Assembly: GCA_963719945.1 (NCBI GenBank)
Contig: CAVRDX010000004.1
Span: 259,744 to 323,743, forward strand
Direction: 5' to 3'
From: an uncultured Thermoplasmata archaeon
Lineage (GTDB): Archaea; Thermoplasmatota; Thermoplasmata; UBA10834
DNA length: 64,000 bases
The notes below the pieces were generated by a model, which was given only the letters and a program-made list of their open reading frames with translations, ran no database searches and had not been told where the DNA came from. Shown piece after piece: positions 37,796 to 44,240 of this stretch. Made by a program: the position numbers and the translations under genes. The first letter of the stretch is position 1; each line of letters starts with the position of its first letter.

Positions 37796-38676
37796 CGAGA
37801 TGCCTCCTTCAGAATGCAGTCTCTTAGCTCCGAGAATACACTAGCATATTCCGGAAGGTCCGAGATGATTCCTCCTTTCGAGTAGATCTCGGCAATCCTT
37901 CTATCAAGGGGTAATGTGCCAGCTACTGGCACATCTAGCGATTCACATAGCTTGCGGACATTTGGGCCGGGGAGACCATACTTGTTGATGAACACCATCG
38001 TGGGTATGTCGAGCTTTCTTGTCACGTTTAGCGCCAGCTTCAGGTCATGGATCCCAAACGGAGTGGGCTCGGTCACCAGAACGCAGATGTCTGCTCCTCT
38101 GATGCTCTCCACCGCTGTGCATGCTGTCCCAGGCGGGCAATCTATTATCGTTACATAATCGCCAGGGATCGCCCTCTTCACCTTCTTTATCAATGAGGTA
38201 GCCGTTGCCTCGCCCACCTTCAACCTCCCATACAGGAGGTTCAGTATGCCTCCATTCGCTCTGACGATGGCACCCATCATATGGTCCTTCTCAATGATCG
38301 CATCTTCCGGACAGAGCATCGTGCATGCGCCACAGCCATGGCAGAGTTCTTCGAATACCATGACTTCCTTGGGCAGCACGACGATGGCATGGAATTCACA
38401 TACTTTGCCGCAATTCCCGCATAGCGTGCATTTGTCTCGGTCTATTTTTGGCACGGGTCTGTAGGCAGCTTGCTCCGAATTGGAGGTGGCGCCTGCAAAG
38501 ATGTGGCAGTTGGGCTCTTCCACATCCAGATCAACGAGAAGAGAACCATCAGTCACTGCTGCGAGGTTGGTGGCGACCAGGGTCTTTCCAGTCCCTCCCT
38601 TTCCGCTGGCTATCGCTATTCTGATTGGATCTCCTCCATTACACGAGGGCATGATCAGTGGTGATGATCCTTGCAT
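37792..38676 (-). CDS. MinD/ParA-type P-loop ATPase with inserted 2x[4Fe-4S] ferredoxin domain (copy 1)
   Basis: IASGKGGTGKTL. Ferredoxin motifs CTLCGNCGKVCEFHAI and CHGCGACTMLCPEDAI. The start is 38676 or the internal ATG at 38652. Confidence 0.85.
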   Translation of the reverse strand: MQGSSPLIMPSCNGGDPIRIAIASGKGGTGKTLVATNLAAVTDGSLLVDLDVEEPNCHIFAGATSNSEQAAYRPVPKIDRDKCTLCGNCGKVCEFHAIVVLPKEVMVFEELCHGCGACTMLCPEDAIIEKDHMMGAIVRANGGILNLLYGRLKVGEATATSLIKKVKRAIPGDYVTIIDCPPGTACTAVESIRGADICVLVTEPTPFGIHDLKLALNVTRKLDIPTMVFINKYGLPGPNVRKLCESLDVPVAGTLPLDRRIAEIYSKGGIISDLPEYASVFSELRDCILKEASR

Positions 38677-39014
38677 GCGATATCATGTGTCGCTGGCTGC
38701 AGCTTACCCTCGGTCCACAGCTTGATTGCGTCTCTCGCAGTTCCGGTCGCTCCTACGAATACTTCGATGTTGAACGACTGGAGCATGTCGATTGCCCTTG
38801 GTCCAAGGCCAGCGCATAGCATGATCCGAGCACCGGTTTTCGCTATGTGCTCTGGTGGTTTTCCAAGGCCACCCATGTGCTCGCTCCTGTTCTTCACGAT
38901 CAAAACATCGTTGCTGTCGAGGTCCACTACCGTGAACGTCGGCGCGCGGCCGAAGTGATCGCTCACAAGATCATCCAATCCACCTTTGTCCATTGTTGGT
39001 ATGCAGAGTTTCAT
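38655..39014 (-). CDS. NifB/NifX-family (dinitrogenase Fe-Mo cofactor biosynthesis domain) protein, copy 2
   Basis: 119 aa. DHFGRAPTFTVVD...GARIMLCAGLGPRAIDML...IEVF is the NifX/NifB-C fold pattern. ATGA overlap with the upstream Zn-ribbon ORF. Confidence 0.85.
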   Translation of the reverse strand: MKLCIPTMDKGGLDDLVSDHFGRAPTFTVVDLDSNDVLIVKNRSEHMGGLGKPPEHIAKTGARIMLCAGLGPRAIDMLQSFNIEVFVGATGTARDAIKLWTEGKLQPATHDIACKDHHH

Positions 39015-39172
39015 CTGTTAGCACTCCTGTTCTTTTCGATCTTATCTTTGAATCGCATCCTCCACCCTTCTCTGAGTATTTTGGTGGAGCCGCAGCAAAA
39101 GCATTTATCGGGTTTCTCGGGCATGGCAATATCGAGTCCGCATGCACCACATCTGAATCTGAGGATTCTCAA
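39011..39172 (-). CDS. Small zinc-ribbon protein
   Basis: CGACG...(12)...CFCCGS. The proposed TTG start forms a TTGA overlap with the IscU-like stop. The ORF-track version starts at the ATG at 39256, inside the IscU-like gene. Confidence 0.5.
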   Translation of the reverse strand: MRILRFRCGACGLDIAMPEKPDKCFCCGSTKILREGWRMRFKDKIEKNRSANR

Positions 39173-39636
39173 TTCGTCCCCTTCTTGGTTTTTGAATTTC
39201 TTCCTTCGCAATCTCTTATTGCATTCCTGAACGCGATTATGGCGAGGTTGGCGCAATGCCTGTGATCCTCCGGAAGCCCTCCCAGCGAGTGTTCGAGTTC
39301 CTCCGCCCTCAGCTTCTTTGCCTCGTCGATGGTCTTGCCAGAAACCATCTTTGTCAGCCGACTTCCGCAGGCTATAGTCGCGCCGCAGCCATCAGTATAG
39401 AATACACATCGCGTTATGCGGCCGTCCTCCACTCTTATCCATATCTCCATTGTGTCCTTGCATAGACCATCTGCGATGCCATTCCCATTTGCTTCGTCGA
39501 TAGGACCTACGTTCGCCGGATTCCTGAACTCAGCGATGACCTCTTTTGAATAGATCGCTGATTCATCCGCATCGATTACGGCCATTATGTTATCGACGAG
39601 TCTGTCGAGTTCGGAGGCTTCTTGTTCGTCGCTCAT
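39169..39636 (-). CDS. NifU-N/IscU-like Fe-S cluster scaffold protein
   Basis: Three scaffold Cys contexts: GLCKDTM, YTDGCGATIACGS and HRHCANLAIIAF. The ATG at 39636 is preceded by GAGGGTG. Confidence 0.85.
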   Translation of the reverse strand: MSDEQEASELDRLVDNIMAVIDADESAIYSKEVIAEFRNPANVGPIDEANGNGIADGLCKDTMEIWIRVEDGRITRCVFYTDGCGATIACGSRLTKMVSGKTIDEAKKLRAEELEHSLGGLPEDHRHCANLAIIAFRNAIRDCEGRNSKTKKGTN

Positions 39637-39643
39637 GGCACCC

Positions 39644-40066
39644 TCATCCATTTGGATTCGGCCCATGCGGACCACGACCATGATGCCCAGGGGATGTCCA
39701 TGACGCCATCTGCGTCAGTTCTCCTTTCTTGAATGCATCAACTGCAGACCCGACCGTCCCTACGCATCTCGTGAATGCAGCGACACCGCTGCCGTTCAAA
39801 ACCATGAAAGCGTTAGGTCCAAGATGTCCAGTGATCACCACTCCGACTCCAAGGTCCACGACCTTCTGAGCCGCCTGAGTGCCGGCTCCACTGCCGGAGT
39901 CCTGGCCAGGGTTTCTTACCGCTCGATGTGATCCATCTGTCTCGAACACGACGAAGTAATTGCATCGGCCGAATCGTGGATCAAGAGGTGAATCTATCGA
40001 ATCACCAGTCGCACTCACTGCTATGCATCGCTTGTCTTCGTCTCTTGCAGACTCTCTCGAATTCAT
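39644..40066 (-). CDS. NifB/NifX-family (Fe-Mo cofactor biosynthesis domain) protein, copy 1
   Basis: RFGRCNYFVVFE...GVGVVITGHLGPNAFMVL...AAF, with a His/Gly/Pro-rich tail. ATG at 40066, internal to ORF 39644..40312. Confidence 0.85.
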   Translation of the reverse strand: MNSRESARDEDKRCIAVSATGDSIDSPLDPRFGRCNYFVVFETDGSHRAVRNPGQDSGSGAGTQAAQKVVDLGVGVVITGHLGPNAFMVLNGSGVAAFTRCVGTVGSAVDAFKKGELTQMASWTSPGHHGRGPHGPNPNG

Positions 40067-40070
40067 GTAT

Positions 40071-40241
40071 TCACTCCCAACATTGAGTCCCACGCATTCT
40101 TGAGCCACAATATGGACACAAAGTCCTGTTGCATGGCACGCCTCTTGTTGCGTGAGGCACTCGTTTCCCGCACTTCGGGCACACGCATAAGGTGGACCCG
40201 AACTCGGAACAGTCGTCACTTGAGGATTCTTGGTTCTCCGC
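40071..40241 (-). CDS. Zinc-ribbon ORF (CVCPKCG...CPYCG); start unresolved, possibly the 3' part of a frame-disrupted gene
   Basis: CVCPKCGKRVPHATRGVPCNRTLCPYCGSRM sits at the 3' end of ORF 40071..40379. A TTG at 40241 is one possible start. Confidence 0.45.
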   Translation of the reverse strand, partial: AENQESSSDDCSEFGSTLCVCPKCGKRVPHATRGVPCNRTLCPYCGSRMRGTQCWE

Positions 40242-40401
40242 CAATCCTTCCCCTCCAGAATCTTTGAGGGCGCATCCGTCTCGGATTGCCAAGATTGCAT
40301 CCACACTGACATGGTCTGCCTCTAGATCCGAATCCTGGGTCACCGGATTTGTGATATTCGCGGTTGTATCCAGCACCACGTCCTCCGATACCTCTCCTCA
40401 T
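40216..40401 (-). CDS. Gly/Arg-rich small ORF (DUF5320-like N-terminus by recollection)
   Basis: The ATG at 40401 directly abuts the Mrp stop (TAG-ATG). The product begins MRRGIGGRGAGYNREYHKSGDPGFGSRGRP. It overlaps the Zn-ribbon ORF in another frame. Confidence 0.45.
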   Translation of the reverse strand: MRRGIGGRGAGYNREYHKSGDPGFGSRGRPCQCGCNLGNPRRMRPQRFWRGRIGGEPRILK

Positions 40402-41262
40402 CTAGCTCACCTCTTTTTCAACCAACTTGATGATCCTGTCCGTGATTGGTTCGAAAGCCTTTGACGCACCATTCGAGCCACCTGCAAATGGCTTGCCCTC
40501 ATCACCGCTCTTGGCAATCTCGGGATCGATAGGAAGCTTTCCAAGGATTGATATGGAGAGATCTTTGACAGCTCTCTCGACGCCGCCGTCCTCGAACAGC
40601 TTTATTTCCTTTCCACAATGCGGGCATTGCAGGCCATACATGTTCTCAACAAGTCCCAGTGTTCTCAGTCCGACTGCCTTCGCGAAATTGATGGATTTCC
40701 TGACGCTGAGGAGGGCGACATCCTGAGGCGTGGTCACTATGATTGTCCCGTCGGGGGATGGGACGAGCTGGGCCACGCTCAATGGCTCATCTCCAGTCCC
40801 TGGAGGCAGGTCGACGATCAGATAATCAAGTTCACCCCAGGATACCTCTTCGAGAAACTGCTTTATCGCGCCCATCTTCACAGGCCCTCGCCAGATCACC
40901 GGCGAGTCTTTGTCCTTGAGCAAGAATGCAATCGAAACGACCTTGATCGATGATCCGAAGATGGCAGGCATGATCTTGCCGTTCTCGTCTATGTTCAATG
41001 GCAGATTCGGCAATCCCAACATTTTGGGCACGCTTGGGCCATGCATGTCCGCATCAAGCAGACCGACTTTCCTTCCTTTCTTGGCTAATCCTGCAGCGAG
41101 ATTCACGGCAACAGTGGATTTCCCAACGCCGCCCTTGCCGCTCATCACTATGATCTTGTGTTTGACCCCTCTGAGGTTCTCCTCTGCGCTGTTGCCGGAT
41201 TTATCCTTGGAGGGAGCTGTCTGCTTTCCAGTGAATGCGTTCATACTATCGACACTCTCCAT
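40402..41262 (-). CDS. Mrp/NBP35/ApbC-family Fe-S cluster carrier ATPase
   Basis: VMSGKGGVGKSTVAVNLA Walker A, a DLPPGTGD motif, and CPHCG. Confidence 0.9.
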   Translation of the reverse strand: MESVDSMNAFTGKQTAPSKDKSGNSAEENLRGVKHKIIVMSGKGGVGKSTVAVNLAAGLAKKGRKVGLLDADMHGPSVPKMLGLPNLPLNIDENGKIMPAIFGSSIKVVSIAFLLKDKDSPVIWRGPVKMGAIKQFLEEVSWGELDYLIVDLPPGTGDEPLSVAQLVPSPDGTIIVTTPQDVALLSVRKSINFAKAVGLRTLGLVENMYGLQCPHCGKEIKLFEDGGVERAVKDLSISILGKLPIDPEIAKSGDEGKPFAGGSNGASKAFEPITDRIIKLVEKEVS

Positions 41263-41267
41263 CTGAT

Positions 41268-41654
41268 CTAGCAGGTGAACACTCGGTCTGCATCAGCAGC
41301 CTCAGCAGCGAAATCCATGAGGTTGATGAACTCGACTCCCTCGATGAACGCTTTCTTGTCTATGCCCCTTGTTTCAAGGCAAGGGATGCAGACCTGGACT
41401 TTGCCACCGCTCTGCACGAACGCGTCGATCATCTGCTTCACAGGTGCCATGCCCTCTACCGACTTGAGCTTCTCCGCAAAACCCTTCTGGACAAGCTTGA
41501 CCCCGCTTCCGGTCAAGAACACCTTCGTCTTGATGCCAAGCGCGGATGATGCGCCTGCACAAGCGAAGGTCATGGTCGCTCTTTCGACATCCTCGTCTCC
41601 GTGCGTTCCAACAACGATGAACGACTTCTTGCTGTAATCTTTAGCTTCTGACAT
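41268..41654 (-). CDS. DsrE/DsrF-like (sulfur-relay fold) protein
   Basis: 128 aa. The pattern FIVVGTHGDEDVERATMTFACAGASSALG...VFLTGSGVKLV...VCIPCLETRG resembles COG2044 DsrE-related proteins, by recollection. Confidence 0.7.
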   Translation of the reverse strand: MSEAKDYSKKSFIVVGTHGDEDVERATMTFACAGASSALGIKTKVFLTGSGVKLVQKGFAEKLKSVEGMAPVKQMIDAFVQSGGKVQVCIPCLETRGIDKKAFIEGVEFINLMDFAAEAADADRVFTC

Positions 41655-41700
41655 TCTGATACCTATGTGATACTAGCGGCATCAGGGTCAAGTCAGGAAC

Positions 41701-41716
41701 GGCGAACAAGTTCGCC
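41701..41716 (-). other. Intercistronic stem-loop
   Basis: GGCGAAC-AA-GTTCGCC lies in the 74-nt gap between the DUF1847-like and DsrE-like genes. No T-run follows it. Confidence 0.3.
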
Positions 41717-41728
41717 GCCCGCCAAATA

Positions 41729-42322
41729 TCAATCTTCAGAAAGGCCAAACCTGTTCTCCTTGTAGTACGCGCTGTATATGGCTCCAATTGGGTTGTGCGC
41801 GAGCACTCGATCCTTCACTATGAGTGTCGTCACAGGTGCCTTCGAGTGTTTCGTGAAGAGTATGTCGTGCCCGATGCACAGGCCGATCGCGATGTTCATT
41901 TCAGTGCCTACCTCTGCGAGGCACATGGCTTGACCGATTGGATTGCAGACTGCTTCATTGGCGCTATCTCCATGCATCTTGACCACTCCAAGGTCAGCCT
42001 TGTCTATTCCGCAGACCTTGCAGCATACTGAATGGACTTCGAAGTCGTTCTTCTGCAGGATATCCGTGATGGTTCTTGCCTCCGATGAAAGGCCGACACA
42101 GAATGCCACCCCGAGCTTCTTCATTCCCATCTCTTTCGCGTAGATGATCAGCTCTTCGAGTCTCGTTAGCTTCATGTAGTGCTCGGCTTCGATCTTGCCT
42201 GAGACGAGCATGGATTCGAGGTCGAACCCTTCGTACTCTCTCTTGGCCTTCTGCGCCAAACCGAAGCAGTCTTTACCCTCGTAGCAGTCCTTCTTGTCGC
42301 AATGCGCGCAATCCGTTCGCAT
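41729..42322 (-). CDS. Cys-rich metal-binding protein (DUF1847-like by recollection)
   Basis: MRTDCAHCDKKDCYEGKDC N-terminus plus CCKVCG and CIGHD. The ATG at 42322 is preceded by GGAAGGTG. The ORF-track N-terminal extension is Arg/Ser-rich and overlaps the upstream gene. Confidence 0.65.
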   Translation of the reverse strand: MRTDCAHCDKKDCYEGKDCFGLAQKAKREYEGFDLESMLVSGKIEAEHYMKLTRLEELIIYAKEMGMKKLGVAFCVGLSSEARTITDILQKNDFEVHSVCCKVCGIDKADLGVVKMHGDSANEAVCNPIGQAMCLAEVGTEMNIAIGLCIGHDILFTKHSKAPVTTLIVKDRVLAHNPIGAIYSAYYKENRFGLSED

Positions 42323-42353
42323 CTTCCACACCTTCCTTCGTCTCGCAGCAGTA

Positions 42354-42998
42354 TCAGCAGATCTCTCCAATATGGCTCGCAACAAGCTTCCTCTCAGCCC
42401 TTCGCAAGATGACATCGAGAGTCGCTTTTGATATCTCCAACTTCTTCGCGAGCTTATCGAGCGTGACCTTCCTCGGAATTTCGAAATATCCTGACTGGAA
42501 CGCGATCTGGAGCACTTTCTCCTGGGCAACAGTCAGTTCGGAGGCGGTTCTCATGACCGATACTTTCTCCACCTCGACGGTGCAACCCAAATCCTTGACC
42601 TTGGCCACAAGGTCTGTCAGAACCGCAGCATTTGGAGCTATCACGTTCCATTGCATGACGCCGTTCTCGCGGTTGGATGCGGAATCTAGAAAACATCCAG
42701 AATCGGCCATCAATCTGCAGGCTGCACAAGTCTGGAGTTCCACGGTGCCGATGTGTCGACCAGGCCCTGCGCTTGTGAGCTGCACGTTGCAGTTCGGTTC
42801 GATGGCGCGTATCTTATCGACAAGCTCCTCTTGCGTGATCCCAGGATCCGTATCTATCTGGAGGAGGCTCTGTCCGCCGGTACCGTTCTTCGGTATGCAT
42901 CTGAGTATCTTCACTGAGAGGTCGCAACTGCTCGCGAGGCACCCTATCCAGTTGCCTGGTATCTTGATAAGAAGTGACGCGAATCTCAAACCGATCAT
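42354..42998 (-). CDS. HTH_10 (Bat-type) DNA-binding regulator with Cys-containing N-terminal domain
   Basis: C-terminal LTVAQEKVLQIAFQSGYFEIPRKVTLDKLAKKLEISKATLDVILRRAERKL is the HTH_10 signature. The ATG at 42998 forms an ATGA overlap with the DUF134 stop. Confidence 0.75.
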   Translation of the reverse strand: MIGLRFASLLIKIPGNWIGCLASSCDLSVKILRCIPKNGTGGQSLLQIDTDPGITQEELVDKIRAIEPNCNVQLTSAGPGRHIGTVELQTCAACRLMADSGCFLDSASNRENGVMQWNVIAPNAAVLTDLVAKVKDLGCTVEVEKVSVMRTASELTVAQEKVLQIAFQSGYFEIPRKVTLDKLAKKLEISKATLDVILRRAERKLVASHIGEIC

Positions 42999-43352
42999 CC
43001 GTTTCCTTCTGCCGTCGTCTCGATCGATTCTGACTCCGGTCCTTTCGAGCGGACGGGTCGATTGTATGCGGGACATTCCTCGCGAATCTTGAGTGCAGAA
43101 CCGTCGATCAACGATTTTGCCGCCTTATATCTGGCGCTCGACAATATTCGATTAAATGTCGGTTGTGACACGTCCATCTTCTCTGCGGATTGACCTTGTG
43201 AAAATCCTTCCAGATCCGACAATCTGAGTGCCTCTAGTTCATCCAAGTTCCATCTCTATGCTTGATAGTTCGTTCAAGGGAGTCCCTTGTGGTTTGAATA
43301 TCTTGTAATTGGGGTCCAGGCAGACCTTTCTGCATCTCTTTGGTCTAGGCAC
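42995..43352 (-). pseudogene. DUF134 (UPF0251) DNA-binding protein, reading frame broken by one extra nucleotide near 43243
   Basis: From the GTG at 43352 one frame gives MPRPKRCRKVCLDPNYKIFKPQGTPLNELSSIEMELG-stop. The +1 frame continues LDELEALRLSDLEGFSQGQSAEKMDVSQPTFNRILSSARYKAAKSLIDGSALKI. Together these form a canonical DUF134. Confidence 0.8.
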
Positions 43353-43354
43353 GG

Positions 43355-43384
43355 TTATGAATAATAATTCATAACTACTTTAAT
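43355..43384 (-). promoter_or_regulatory. Promoter/operator candidate of the cluster: TATA-like ATTAAAG plus a 20-bp palindrome
   Basis: TTATGAAT-AATA-ATTCATAA (43355-43374) ends 3 nt upstream of the GTG at 43352. A TATA-like element (plus strand CTTTAAT, 43378-43384) lies about 29 nt upstream of the start. Confidence 0.45.
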
Positions 43385-43771
43385 CTTGTCCATGAATAAC
43401 CTCGAGGTCGAGCAGTCATACCGAACCTCAGGCTAGGCATCTGCGTCGATCATCACGAACGTGTCCCGATGGAATTGAAAATCATCGTCGATTATTATGC
43501 ATCATTTATATAGTCAAATGATGACCTCAGATGCTTTGATTCCTGATGCGTGTTTTATGAGTGAGGCGAAACCATTAACACCCGTAAACCTCCATATCTA
43601 TTCCTAGGACTCTTGGCATTCGCTGAGAGGGTAGGTGGTTTGTTTCATGGAGCGACCAGTAGATCGGTCCACCGGTGCCTCTGCATCCAGAGGCCGGGGA
43701 ACCCATTGAGCTGACAGGCTACCGACTGTTGACCATCTCCGTCCGGTTCAGAGATGGTGCATGGAGGTGAG

Positions 43772-44230
43772 ATGGTGGATAGACAGAATATTGGAGACCC
43801 GATCAAAATATTGTTGGTGGAGGACAATCCAGGGGATGTTCGACTCACCGTAGAACTCTTCAAGGAATGCAAGATAAGAAACGACATGTTTGTCGTCAAC
43901 GACGGCATAGAAGCAATGGAATACCTGAGACACGCGGGGAAGTACGCCGATTCGAAACATCCGGACTTGATACTTCTGGACCTCAACCTTCCACGTAAGG
44001 ATGGACGCGAGGTTCTAAAAGAGATCAAGACCGATGAGAAACTGAAGCGGATCCCCGTTGTCATCCTGACCACGTCCAGGGCAGAGGCGGACATAATCAG
44101 GACCTACGATTCATACGCAAATTGCTATGTCACGAAACCTGTGAACCTCGACGAGTTCATGAAAGTCGTTCAATCTATCGAGTCATTCTGGCTTTCTATA
44201 GTGAAGCTGCCTCCTGATGGCACGAGGTGA
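43772..44230 (+). CDS. Stand-alone response regulator receiver (CheY-like)
   Basis: [10 protein letters not shown], phospho-acceptor context [10 protein letters not shown], and TKP. The ATG at 43772 is preceded by GGAGGTGA; an alternative ATG is at 43754. Confidence 0.85.
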   Translation: MVDRQNIGDPIKILLVEDNPGDVRLTVELFKECKIRNDMFVVNDGIEAMEYLRHAGKYADSKHPDLILLDLNLPRKDGREVLKEIKTDEKLKRIPVVILTTSRAEADIIRTYDSYANCYVTKPVNLDEFMKVVQSIESFWLSIVKLPPDGTR

Positions 44231-44240
44231 ACCTTAGGGT

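Noticed and set aside
43503-43753. TATA-like CATTTATATAG, a possible long structured leader with a hairpin CCGG-TG-CCTCTG-CATC-CAGAGG-CCGG at about 43672-43700, and mini-ORFs upstream of the response regulator.
   Set aside because: I recognise no riboswitch or ncRNA family. The mini-ORFs are 5-20 codons with no support. The element is about 240 nt from the gene, so I could not assign a function.
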